DNA of 38,076 nucleotides from Trypethelium eluteriae. Taxonomy: Eukaryota. The number at the start of each line of letters is the position of its first letter. The first letter of the stretch is position 1. The notes under the pieces were generated by a model. That model saw nothing but the letters and a program-made list of their open reading frames with translations, was not told the origin of the DNA and made no database searches. The translations under genes and the position numbers were made by a program. Positions 1 to 12,547 of the stretch are shown one piece after another. The stretch spans positions 1 through 38,076 of the forward strand of contig JAVECL010000190.1 in the NCBI GenBank assembly GCA_051942245.1, written 5' to 3'.

Positions 1-445
1 GTAGTCTAAACCTAATTTGGCTAGTATCTCGCTTATTTTCAGCTGCAGGCAAAATATCATACTATGACATTATTCATGACTATTCATGCTATTCCTAGGT
101 ATGATTATGCTATGCTATGCACTTATGCTATTTATCTCTGCTAATACAGCCAATTGAATCCGAAATAGGTACTCTCTGCACGAGATCCTGTTCCCAAGGA
201 CTACTGCCTTGCAGGTGTTGGAGCTAAGATGATGAACAACCTGCCTTTTCAGGGAAATTTCCAAATTCAGTTTGTATGAAGACCTGTAAGAGGTCCGGTG
301 TCGTCATATATGGATCAAGGGCATCGCACAGAAACAGAAAAATTCTTAAAGTATTTATTCCGAGGTCGTTGCAAATTTTCTATAGGCAATCTATGTCAAA
401 GCCGTGCAAATCAGCTGTCGGAAAATCGCTCTCAGAAATCAGGAA

Positions 446-2144
446 ATGATCTCATCTGCTCTGTCCCTTGTAGCTTTGAGCGCTCTTGGCTTTCTTCCTG
501 TTACCTTGAGTACTACTGCCCCCGAGAGTAGCTTCGCAATATGTCAACAACTTGACACTGCCCCTGATCCCGACATTTTCCTACCAAACGAGACTGGGTA
601 TGCGGAACTCAGAGAAGAAAACTGGTAATGACATATTCTATCTACAGTCTGGATCAAAAGCTCTTATCATCGTAGGTCACAAACGGCCTGGAGAACTCCA
701 GCCTGCATCTTCCAGCCCAGGCATGTAGAGCATCTCGCAATAGTCGTGTCTCGTCTTGTCCGATCCGGCACAAGTTTCGCGATTCGATCGGGAGGTCACT
801 CACCCGCCCCCGCAGCGGCGAACATCGATGGAGGTATTCTTATTGACATGACTGGTTTCAATCACTCGTACTACGACGCCGAGAACAACGTGGCTATAGT
901 CGGTTCTGGCCTGACCTGGGGGGAGGTGTATACGTATCTTGACGAATTCAATGTCACAGTAGTAGGAGGTAGGGTTTCAGATGTTGGCGTCGGTGGATTG
1001 ACTTTAGGAGGTAAGCTCCTCTCTTGCGATCGAACCTTTGCATATGTTTTCAAGCCATAACCCGGCAATTTTACAGGCGGTCTTTCGTACCTTTCTGACC
1101 TTTACGGCTTGGTTTGCGATAATGTCGTTAACTTTGAGGTGGTACAGGCTAATGGCTCCATCATCAATGCAAATAAGACACATTACTCAGACCTATTCTG
1201 GGCCTTAAAAGGTGGCAGCAACAACTTCGGTATAGATTCTTGTCCTTGCTGAAACCCCATTAGCTAAATATCAAGAAGGTATCGTGACATCGTTTACACT
1301 ATCCACATACCCCATAAAGCAGGTTTGGGCTGGAGTCAAGGCCTATACAAAGGAGGATTTACCTGCAATTTTCGAAGCCATGTTCAAATACCAAACCGTT
1401 GCTCGCAAAGATCCCTTGGCCAACTTAATGCTTCAGGGTTACATGAGTAACACTACCACGGAGATAATACTTAACATGGTCTATCTGGCTCCTGAAGAAG
1501 CCCCTTCTGCGTTCGCCCCATTTTACCACATAAATACGACCTCAGACTCGACAAAGCTCACAACACTGACTGAGTTCATCTCTGGGCAAGGCCCAGGGAC
1601 ATTTCCACAGTGAGTTGATCCATCCCTGCATATACGCCGGGTCTCACAGATCACTGCTAGAAGAGTTGACTGGCGTTCGAAAAGCTTCGAGCCTGATGAC
1701 GCTCTATACAAGTCGCTGAACAGTATAATGACAGGATCTGCCTTCTTGCAAGAGATTACAGATGTTACTAATGGCACTGTAGCTCTGGGATTGCAGCCTA
1801 TATCAGCCAGTGTGATTGAAGCAGGCTTTGCTCGTGGCGGCAATGCACTAGGCTTAAGCGCAATCAATCAGACCTGGTACGTGATTGACTCAGGCTGGTG
1901 GGACGAAGAATATGACGAGATGGTGCATTTTGCGACGCGGGATCTGGTCAACCAGATCGGAAACCAATCAAATACTCCGGACAGCTTTATTTTCATGAAT
2001 GATGCGAGCTACGATCAAGATGTCATTGGACATTACGGCAAGGAAAATGTTGCGAAGCTGACCGAGGTTCAGGCAAAATACGACCCAGACCAAATTTTCC
2101 AAAAGCTCGTGCCTGGAGGCTTCAAGCTGCCAAATATATCTTAA
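446..2144 (+). CDS. Secreted FAD-linked oxidoreductase (FAD_binding_4 / berberine-bridge-enzyme-like), 5 exons: ~446-624, 676-1010, 1077-1229, 1279-1609, 1661-2144
   Basis: Signal-peptide-like N-terminus ([17 protein letters not shown]). Motifs [24 protein letters not shown] (covalent-FAD His), [32 protein letters not shown] and [21 protein letters not shown] introns join the ORF pieces in frame. Confidence 0.92.
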
Positions 2145-3833
2145 TCTTTCTTATAGCTCAAGGTTGAAGTTTCAAGATCTCTTGTAGAGACTATTTTTCG
2201 ATCATTTACCGGTTTTAGTAAGCTTCTTTTCTCTCACACATATTGCAGTGCAATCTTGGTCATAACACATTCAGGGTGTTGATTAACGTTTTGTCATTAT
2301 GGAATAAGAGCACGATTTTCATTTGTTTCGATTTCAAGAGAGGGGGAAAAAGGCTGCTCTGTGGAGAACTATCTAGATCACATTAATCCTTTGACTTTAG
2401 GAGCTTATAGCCTTATGACATTCTTTGTTTGTGAGAAAACCCCTGTGGAGGCAGTTTAGTCCACAGGGGTGCACATTAGAATGATAGTCGAGTATCACAT
2501 CTACTGTCTTCTTGTCGAGTTCAAGTTCGATTAGGGATGAATCCTCTCCGCTGAGAGAAAGGAAGACGAATTCTTACTCGAAGTTGTTACTCAGCGGAAG
2601 GAGAATTGAAATTGATTGAATGAAGCAGTATCCGAGGGCGTGACTAGGTCGTATGCGGAGCCAGAGGTACCCTACGATAATTGTTCTAGTGTACATCACC
2701 ACTACCGTCTGCATTCTGCAGGTCCTGGCGTCTTACCATCCGCTTTACTTGAATCTTGATCAGTCCTTGATTTCACCAATCTTACTATTGGTTCCGGGCT
2801 TATTAGAGGGATGGCTGCAATGTCGGCCCTTAACATTGGTGGCGTTGGTATTTAGGCATCAGTCGGTCCTTGATCGATGATATAACAAAGCACCCGAATA
2901 CTCTACATACCTTGTAGGGTCAGGGTTGTAGGCAGCATTCGTACCGCGTGTCGGCATGCGACACCACAAGGCTGGGTGAGTTGTTGCACATTTGCATATC
3001 TTACGACCTACTATTTGAGAACTTAGCGTGTTAAAAGTCTACAATACTGTCCTCATCCTTGTGTTCTCACTGACATGGTTCGACCTTTGACTTACGTCAT
3101 TCTACAGCACCCCTAGGCCAGAACATCGCTTGCGAACTGTTCAGCTGAAGAATGCCTTATTCTTTATCATGCCGGTTCCTTGGTTTTATTGATTTTGCCT
3201 TTCCCCAACGCCGTGCTTGACGCATCAAATGCCGATCCGACGCAACGCATCGTTGCCTTCATCACGATCTGAGGTCGTGGTACTCAAAGACCCATCAGCA
3301 TGTCGCCTTCGATGGTTTGTGGTTAACGTGTCCGATAAAGTCTCCGTGTACCTTCTAATGAAAGAGGGAACATGTAGCTATGTGGGCGACACGTATGCCA
3401 TCGAGTATACTGTATGCCGCTTTCTCTTTTGACCAGAGGATAAACGATCGTTCGTTTCCGGATGTTGCAAGCGTACGCTAAGTCTTGCCTTTCAGCTGCT
3501 GCGAATGGTCCCCTTCTGCAATTTACTGCATGTGTAACGTCCACTCGGAACTCTATATTGCTTCTCTTTTCTGCGGCACGGCGTCATGGGCTATCCGCTT
3601 ATATCCTGCCTTCGCTCGACTAGACCATCTTAGTTAAGACCTGCGTTTCCCGAGAGCTTCTGCATTTTATGGGTTTTGCCTTACTCTCTCAAGTGGTTGT
3701 GACGCATTGCAATATTTCCCTGGGCCGCTGCCGCTACGGTCTCAGCACCGTCCCTCAGAATTTTTACAAGAGAGTATAGTGATTCATTCCAGACCGCAAG
3801 TTCGTTCATTATCTTCAAGACAGATTAGTCACG

Positions 3834-5194
3834 ATGGCATCTACGTCCAATCCAGCTGATATCCCAGCACTCCAACCACCGTCAGGCACGACATCAAATT
3901 TCAATAATCCACCCTCGTTCTACAGATCTGAGCTGGGTGTCGGCATTGTGTGTATGACAATTATGACTCTGGCCGTAGGCCTGCGGACATACACTAAGGC
4001 AGCCATCTTGCAAAATTTTACATACGAGGATTGTGGGTTTAGGTCTCGTCCGCTTGATCGAACCTTGCAGCTAATATAGACCTAGGCGTTGCTTTGATAG
4101 CTTTGGTTTGTTGCCACACGCGAGACGTATCGTTGTTATTAACTCTTGCCTAGACTGGCTTCTTGGCGTGGGATATCATTTTCATTTACCTTTCCTCAAG
4201 GGGACTTACTCGCGATCTTTGGAACATTCGAGCCATCGATATGTCCCATCTATTATACGTGAGCAGCCACAGTGACACTGCAGCCCTCACCGTAAATGTG
4301 CTCATTTGATCTAGCTGTTCAATGTCGACCAAGTGATATATTCACCTTCGATGTTAGCTGCCAAGTATTTCATTCTCATTCAACTCAAGAGAATCTTCTG
4401 TCCATGCGGAACGAAAGATGCCGTATGGTGGGTCCTTCACGCTCTCATTGCCACGACGGTAATTTATTATGTATCTTGCTTTTTCACCTTTCTATTCCAA
4501 TGCGTACCTCGTGAAAAGATCTGGAATCCGACGGTCGAAGGCACCTGTGTCGATCAGAATGCTGCAGTTCTTTCCTCTGGACTTATGAATCTCCTTATTG
4601 ATCTTGGAATCTTTATCACGCCGATCTGGGCCATATTTCATCTGAAAATGCCAATGAAGCGTAAGCTCGGAGTGATGTCATTGTTCGCTGTCGGCTTCTT
4701 GTAAGTTGAGCTTGTCGAGAACTGGTCCCTCCGATCTCGAGGCTTATACCGTGACAGCACTTGTGCCATTGCCGCTACAGGGGTAGCTTACCGCGTTCCA
4801 CTAATGACAGCGAAGAATGAGACCAGATGGATTGCGAAAGTGGGTCTTTGGACGTAAGTACAGGTTCGATGCATCGCTCACTTTCGGTATTCTCTAATCT
4901 GGTTAAAGTATGGCAGAACTCGTGGGTACTATCGTTATAGGCTGCATGCCAATGATTCCTCGATTCTATGAGCTAAAAATACAACCGTCCTTCTCCCGTC
5001 TCTCGTCAAGAGCTCTACTCACGATATCGAGAGATCGAACCAGTCGAAACGACCATGAATCCAAGCCAAGTATGCCTGGTAAATCCGGTAGTGGCAGTGG
5101 GTCTTCGGGCAATGCTGGACCCAGGCCTGACTATATCGAATTAAAGGATGGTGGAAATGAGGGTTTAATGTGGCAAGCACATGAAGTGGTATAG
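3834..5194 (+). CDS. PTH11-like / fungal rhodopsin-domain integral membrane protein, 6 exons: ~3834-4032, 4086-4105, 4154-4258, 4315-4700, 4758-4853, 4909-5194
   Basis: N-terminal PALQPPSGTTSNFNNPP, multiple hydrophobic segments, AKYFILIQLKRIF, FQCVPREKIWNP..GTC, DLGIFITPIWAIFHLKM..KRKL and AELVGTIVIGCMP are typical of this family. Canonical introns keep the frame. Confidence 0.88.
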
Positions 5195-6662
5195 TATTTA
5201 CAGCCTCGAATGCATATCTCCTAAGAGGCAGAAAGGCTTTTCGGTACATTCAGCTTTCCTTTTGGGTAGAGGATTCTCGGTTTTGAAATTGAAAACCTTT
5301 AATGACCATAGCTTATTTTGAGTGGGTCGTGCTAGAACGACCCGTATGACGGCCGTTAAAGCTCTATCGTTCCCTAATCTCTGCAATGCGATATTCCGGA
5401 TTATTTGATACCTCTCCTCACAGGACCGCTATTCTGGAGGACTTGCTGCCTGGTAAAAGCCCTGCATAAATTCTATCGAAGCAGTCCTGTAAGTGTGAAA
5501 AAGAATGCTCCCAAGCCCTGCTATGTATGCTTTCAAGATCAAGAGATGGCCTCGTCACCATGGATCCAGAAAACAATTCTTCCTTGCTGTCTACATTTTG
5601 CAAGCCCATAGAACCTTCAATAAGTCGGAGCATCGAATCTTATGATGAAATTTTCAAGGAGTAGCTTCTGAGCCCTGCGCACTTAGGCAACTCCGCATGC
5701 AGCTCACGTTGAAACCTCAACCTATCGCAGGTGACCTTCCAGAGCTTGTTGATCAAAGATCCTAGTCAATTACAACTTAGGTTTGGGAGCGCACAGTAGG
5801 TTATGGTCAATGAAGCCAACAATGCAAACTTCTGGCATAATCATAGATGTTGTACGAAGAGATGAGCAGCCAAAAAAGACTAAGGACTCACCTGAACCTA
5901 CAGTAAATAATTACGCTTTCCTGGATCAAGTCATGTACTTCGATTCTGATCGATCTATGTTTTTGGTTTGTTATCTCTTCAGAATTTATGTAACCGTTAT
6001 TGAAGAAAGCTGCTTCTCAGCCTTTCGTGGTGGATGTTAACGCATTTGTTCCAGTGCTTGTCGGGCAGATATGTTGGCCTTCGCTCTACCTCTGTAACTG
6101 AGGCATCAATTCCACATCATTGTATTTCACCAACCAGCTGAGTCCTAGTAATGTGAGAAGCTATAGCCGGCATCAAGAGTCGTAATAAGCTAAGCAACAG
6201 GAGCGCAATACGTGCTCTTTTGTCATTGTTCTGAGTAGCGACGCATAGGGCAGTGATTTTACCTGAAGGCACGTGCGCATAGAGTACTCTAAGCGAGCGA
6301 GGTTGATTTTGTTTGCGCAACGTGTGACTTTAGCTTCATGCTTATTCTGTCATACGTAAGAAAGCAAGTGCTGTTTGGTTCCAATTGATGCCCCTGGCAC
6401 TTTTGCAACACGTCTTTGAACCCAGCAGCAGCAGTCTGCACTAAGACGGCTGAGGTTCCTGTTGCCTTAGCTAAGTTGTCTGATGTAGAGATCTCAGAGA
6501 TGAAAACATACTATTTCTTCTTCCTTAGCGTCAAGGCAACTTTGCATGAATAGAGTGCATGTTTCAACAGACATTCTTTACCGAGGCTAGCTGAGAATAA
6601 GCTGTACGGCCTGTTTGCAGTCGGTGAGCGGCCGAAACAGCAGGAATTAACCTCACAATTCA

Positions 6663-6695
6663 ATGCATGATGCATGATGCATGATGCATGATGCA
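6663..6695. repeat. 7-bp tandem repeat (TGCATGA) x ~4.6
   Basis: Direct reading: atgcatgatgcatgatgcatgatgcatgatgca. Confidence 0.9.
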
Positions 6696-7536
6696 ACGCA
6701 CAAGTATTGCTACCACCAATCTTGTGCACCGTCAAGGAACTGGAAAGCCTCATCAGCCAACGTTCTGAAGCATGAAACCGAAGCGCAAGGTGGCATAGCC
6801 GACACCCAGCTGATCAGTGACGTGCGTCTTAAGCTTGATGGCATGTCTACCCGCCGCTTTGAACGCCTTCACCCCTTTTCGTCTGAGCGTATCGCCATAT
6901 ACAGCCGCCTAGACAGATTGTGGGGCAGTAAGGCTAGCTAATGCTGACCTGACTTATGCTGGGTTAACTCATTTTCCTATTCGAGAGGGCATGCTGTTGC
7001 CAACAACCTTCGGACCCGCTCAACTGTTTGCCTAGCTGCAAGTACATAAACCATCAGAGCTACTCGGAGGTCACGGAAATAGGATTGGTCGTATGTCGAC
7101 ATAAGCGCTATGGAGGGCGCGCATTGCAAACGCTTCCAGTCATGTGCAATTAAAGTAATGCTTACGGTTTATCTCACTCTAGAATACTTCCACAGTCTAC
7201 TCACCTAGTGAAGCTAGCCCAAGAGATCGAAGATATGCATGACAGCATACTGGCGCCACCTCCGATCTTCGTCTGCATGCTGAAGAACGAACTATTTAAG
7301 TAGATTTGGTTCGTCGGCATCACATTCCTCGCTTAGGCATGCCGGTATCCACGGGATACATTCTCCCAAAACGGCCATTTTGGCTCTTTCATGCCTACAC
7401 GTCACAAAGTCACAAAGAAGATGAAAAAAAGATTTATTTATTGATGCTGAGTTCAAATGCCAAGTCTTCCTCTATCTCGAACTTCCACAACATCTCTGTT
7501 GAAGCAATACTACAGCCGCGCTCAAAAGATCTGGCG

Positions 7537-9392
7537 ATGCCCTCCATGATCAATGTCTTTGTCGATGCCGAGAAATGGTACTTTCAAGTCTTGGCATGTT
7601 TGGGATTAACTCTTATCATACTTATCATTCGTCGTCGCTACTTTTCAACCCTTTCTAGCGTACCAGGGCCATTCTGGGGTTCTGTCACTCGCCTCTGGCA
7701 TGCATATCACATCTTCGTTGGCGATCACAACATTGCCCTTCTAGCTCAACATGAAGTCCACGGAGACTTTGTAAGGGTAGCACCAAATGAAGTAAGCGTT
7801 AGTCACCCGGATGGTCCCAGATTACTCCTACGGCCATTATTGCGTAAAGTACGTATGAACTTAGAAGCGCCAAGACTCTATACCATTGCATAAGGTTATA
7901 CTTCTATATTCTTCACGCAAGGCTCAAGTCGACTTTCGTTGTTTTATTTCGTCAATCTGCTCTTGAATGGACGTGAGATATTGTATCGTGATAGCGTTGT
8001 GTTTGGTGCGAATTTGGAATACGAGGGCTTATCAAGGTGCAGGGAAATTGGTATCAAGTCTTCTCTATGCCTGACTACCAGTATATCACCCCACAGTCTA
8101 CGCTTGACCCAAGGGCAAAAATCGAACGTTCGAAGTTCTTCATATCTGGTTTCTCGCTCTCTGCCGTATTACAATCTGAGGAGCACTTCGACAGAAATAT
8201 CGAACATCTGCTCAATTGGATGGATCGATATTCTCAAACACAGGAGCCTATGCATCTTGATAAGTTCTTTACATACACTGCGTTTGATAATGCTGGCGAA
8301 GCTGTCTTCTCGCGATCCTTCGGTTTCATCTCTGAAGGACGTGACATCAGTGGCTCGATCAAGAACAGCCGGTCTTTAAACCGTTACTTAGCGATAGCAG
8401 GGTATTATGTGTGGTTACATCGAATCTTTTGTGCGAACCCTCTTATCACCTGGTCAGGTCTATTGCCTATGGGCCACTTATTCAAAACATCGAAGGCAGC
8501 GCTGGAGAAGCGCCTGGCCAATCCTGCCGCACGCTTTGACATGATCGCCCACTGGTTGAAGGCACATCAGGAAAATCCAGACCAACTTAGCTTGCGTGAA
8601 GTCCAAGCTCAAACGACAGTGAGTGTTGCGGCTGGCTCCGATACATTGTCTTGTGAGTTCATGAGTGGTCTAGAGTGACTTCGTACTGACGAGGCCAGGC
8701 GCCCTTCAGTCCTTCACATATTTCATGATTAAGCATCCGGAATCCTGGCAACGTGCGCGGACCGAGATCAAGATGGCGCAAAGGGAAGGCCGCTGCCAGA
8801 GTCGAGTTGTGTCCTACAATGATTCCCAGGAGCTACCTTATCTGGGAGCATGTCTTCATGAAGCACTACGGATGTTTGGACCAGGTCCCTTTGGATTCCC
8901 ACGAATAGCCTCGAATGGTGGCATTACTATTGGAGACCGCCACTTCGCCGAAGGAACTGTGTTGTCGGTAAATCCACAGTACGTCCATGTCTATGTTCTC
9001 TCCGGGGAGGCAAGCAATGAGATCAGCGCTAATTATCCACGCAGAGTTATGCAGCAGTCGAAGAACTGCTGGGGTGATGATGTAAAGGAATGGAATCCGG
9101 ATCGATGGTTGTCAAAGGATAGACAAACGAAATACGAGCACTGGTTGGTGGTAAATAGCTCACTCTTCAAGCTATTCTGATACACCCGGCTAACTCAAAA
9201 TAGTTCGGTTTGGGTTACAATAGATGTCCTGGTGAGCATTTAGCTCTTATGCAAATTTTCAAGATAGCAGCTAGCATTGTACGCGATTACTCGATTCAAC
9301 AGGTCGATCCCGACAACAAGTGGAGCTGGAAAGCGTACTTTACTGTCGTACCTGAGGCCTGGCCAGTCTATATTGAGAAACAAGAGCCCTAA
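7537..9392 (+). CDS. Cytochrome P450 monooxygenase, 5 exons: ~7537-7848, 8043-8652, 8699-8978, 9045-9150, 9204-9392
   Basis: N-terminal TM anchor plus VPGPFWG, GDFVRVAPNEVS, I-helix AAGSDT, K-helix ExxR (HEALR), WNPDRW and heme motif FGLGYNRCPG after splicing. Confidence 0.95.
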
Positions 9393-10568
9393 GCAAAAGC
9401 GAAAACGTATCTGCAATAGTCATTGGACTAATTAATTGGCTGAAAAGATATACACAACTCTTATAATGATGAATATGCACGAATAATTGCAGCTCAAATT
9501 TTGATGAGAATTTGATGATAGATGATGAGAAGATGATGAGAAGATGGAAAGTCGAAGAAAGTGAGATAAAAGAGTGAGAGAATGGAAGGAAGCCTCATTT
9601 ATGCATAAGTCATGCAGTCTTGTGATTATACAAATCTTGTCTATCTGGGTGCTGCAATCTACTGCGTTCATTGATTACAATCCACATTAATGCATCCTTC
9701 CAGCTTGGGCCTTCAGTTGCTGTAGAGGCATTGGGCGGAATAACTCCAAAGCATACTGTGAATCGCATCGATGTTGAGAACCTAACGGAGGATTGACGCG
9801 CACACATACTACCCAAATTCTAAAGATCTAAGTGTGCTAATCACAACTCTATATTTTCATCTTCGACAATAGTTGGAGTCACAATTAGAATCACTGATAC
9901 AGACCAATGATATCGATTTCTTTCTACTTTGGGATACAAATGGTTAGTAAACGGGCCTGAGTCGTGGCAATACAATTGTATCTTACACCTGAGTTATGAG
10001 TCTGGACTTTGCCGTAATCAGATGCTGTTACTGTCCTGACATTTCTATATTTCCTACTATCCATCGTTTCTTCATTGACCTGACATCCCTATTCTGCTTC
10101 AACCATCTCCTGTCTGCGTCCGGAGACTCTTCAGCAGATCACCTTACTATGGTTCCGGCAGTGCTTGGCACAGATATCGACTTCGTGAGCGCTTCCATTT
10201 TCGACTCGATCAGGAGACTCAAGTATGGAAAGCCAACCTACACATAGCTACTCCGGAAAGGTACGTCACGAAATGCTTTAGGATTGCCTCATCCACTTGA
10301 CAGACTCAGGAGCTGTCTGCTGCTGTATTGTGAGCTCGTTATTACTGTGCATTGTGCGAGATCAATTGCTCATTGCATTGATCAGAGCGAGAGCAGCCTA
10401 AGTCAGCAGCCTCAATCAATATGTTACTGATGATCTTTCTGTGTGCTCGAAGCCGCGTAAAATTTAGTCTTTCAGCAACCCCTTTCTATTGTTCTAATCC
10501 TGCTGAGTCTTGCTATTGACGTCATGATTCTCTATGAGCCTTAAAGAAGTGGTATCAGACTTCTTCTG

Positions 10569-12547
10569 TCACACAATAAAAATTTTCTCATTGAAGTCTT
10601 CGAAAATGTGACGATGGATTTCTGCAGCTCCAATGCGTCGAAAGGTGTTCGACCCGTGTAGTTCTTCAACGAATAGCGCTCCGTAATGCCACGAGCTGGA
10701 GGACTGTACCCTACGGATACAGATACACTCAACTATTATTGGGAGTATATCTGGTTCTATGTCTAGAAGTCCGGTTCCGACATAGCGGCCGTGGCTATCT
10801 TCGAGTAACCTGCCCTCTGGAATTTCCCCTCGAGCCCTCTGTCTTGCAGTGTACACAATAGATGCTTTAGCAGTGGAAATTTCTATCTGACCTGCACAAG
10901 GTCCTAGGATTGGATCTCCTGTCATGGTTATCTTCATAGGCCGAACATTAGACGATTTCATGAGCACAGGGTCCCAGACCACGGGACCTTCTATTGCAGC
11001 CCATGACCACGAAGGTGCCCGCATGATGGGAGGATATTTTAGGGATCCAGATTGTCTGCCCTTCCAAAGAATCGAGTGATCAAGACCTTCCTTCCAGAGG
11101 CCGGCATAGTATTCGTCTTTGCTTCGTTTCATGGCTTCTACAGCAAGACCAGCGATTGCTGGAAGCTTGTCGGAAGCGCACGTTAGATCGCGGGACGTAT
11201 AATCTTCGACAATTCTGCACCATCTCTTATAAAACGGATTGACAGTAGTCTGATTTATTCTATGGTCATCACGTTCTGGGCCCGAGTATTGGCGGAGATC
11301 AAAGGATCGCTTCAACTGCTCAAAGTAAGCTATCTCACTTCCGTCTTCAGCATGTATTGCTTGTTGGCATTCGTAATAAATCTGATCAGCGCCATAGTGT
11401 ATTATACGACGAGAGAGAACTCTTTCTTGCAATACCCAGCCACGCTTGCTCAAGGGGGACCGTGTGATTGTTTCATCAAACGAACCACGAGCCGGTGCAA
11501 ATGTCATGTAACACGGTTTGTTATCATATCGCGCCGAGGTATAGGATATCGTTACGGGTGGCAAGGCTGGTACGTCTCGAGGAATGTAGCAGCCGATGGA
11601 GGAGTCCGTAGCACCGGATGCGGCGATCGTAAAGGTGGCGTAGTGATAGATTGATCCCATGAGCGGAGCCTGCCTTTTCCAATCCTCTACATCATCCTGT
11701 ACTATGCAGAGCGAGTCTATCCAGATATGTCTGAGTCCGAGCCGATGCGTGATTTCAATAGCGTCTTTCAATGTCCTTGGAAGTGCCGAGAACGGAATCA
11801 TATGCTTGTGGTCCTTCAAAGAGACTTTTGTCGTAGTGAGTGATAGCGCCCTCCCCCAGCAGTAACTAAGTGCAGCATAATTGCCACGTCCGGTACAGGA
11901 TTCGACAAGTCGAAGTCGCGTCCAATCGTCGTCGTGAAGCTCAAGTAGTCGCGGCGGAAGATTAACCGTAGGCTCCCCAAGACATGTAGCATGTCTTTCG
12001 TACACGTCAATTGCACAGTGATGGTGTTGTTCGATGCATGTCTTCAGCCAGACGTTAATCAATTCGAAAGTGTGCGGACTAGCTGCGCTGGCCGCGACCT
12101 CGAGTCCAGTGATGTCTTTCATACGCGCTGCGGGATCATCTTTGCTACATTAGCAAAGTGCCATAACTGCTACGGCACACGAGATAGCGATCTACCTTTA
12201 CCAGCATATATGTTGAGCTCCCCAGCCCAGACGCCGCCGCAATCAACAGAGATCCGCGAGATCTGAGCCGGCAAGTTTTCATTCAACTGATGCATTCCAG
12301 AGCCCACAAGGTAGATTTCAGTGTTATTGCTATCGTCGTTGATACGAGTTGATTGCTCTGGGGAATGTTTGGCAAAAGCATCAAGTATCAGCCTGCACAA
12401 TGAACATCCCTCCCCTGACGAACGTAGGGCATAGTAACTTCTGTGATGAACATGCGACATTTTTTCGCCTTCTTTGGATTGAAGCATTTTGGGAGTTATG
12501 ATGAAAGACGTCAAGTCAAGTTCGCTGCAAAGTTGACAAAGCGACAT
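10569..12547 (-). CDS. HET-domain (heterokaryon-incompatibility-type) protein, 2 exons: ~12547-12196 and 12139-10569
   Basis: MSLCQLC N-terminus, WLKTCIEQHHHC, LPPRLL, YAALSYCWG, DAIEITHRLGLRHIWIDSLCIVQDD, MGSIYHYA, RGWVLQERVLS, DKLPAIAGLA, APSWSWA. A phase-1 intron (GTAGAT...CTAATGTAGCAAAG) links the two ORFs. Confidence 0.92.

Noticed and set aside
55..135. Low-complexity TATTCATG / CTATG repeats at the window start
   Set aside because: Short and imperfect; may be a TE edge but cannot be assigned without upstream sequence.
2500..3800. Short ORFs between the FAD oxidase and the PTH11-like gene
   Set aside because: No consistent frame, splice pattern or motif; possible old pseudogene but unsupported.
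7306..7536. Upstream in-frame extension of the P450 ORF
   Set aside because: The ORF-track start is a non-ATG codon. The ATG at 7537 precedes the TM anchor as expected for a P450.
9500..9590. Purine-rich GATGA/GAGAA tract after the P450
   Set aside because: Simple low-complexity sequence with no associated element found.
11262..12266. Plus-strand ORFs overlapping the HET gene, and similar antisense ORFs over the AAA and FAD genes
   Set aside because: Shadow ORFs of real genes with no motifs.
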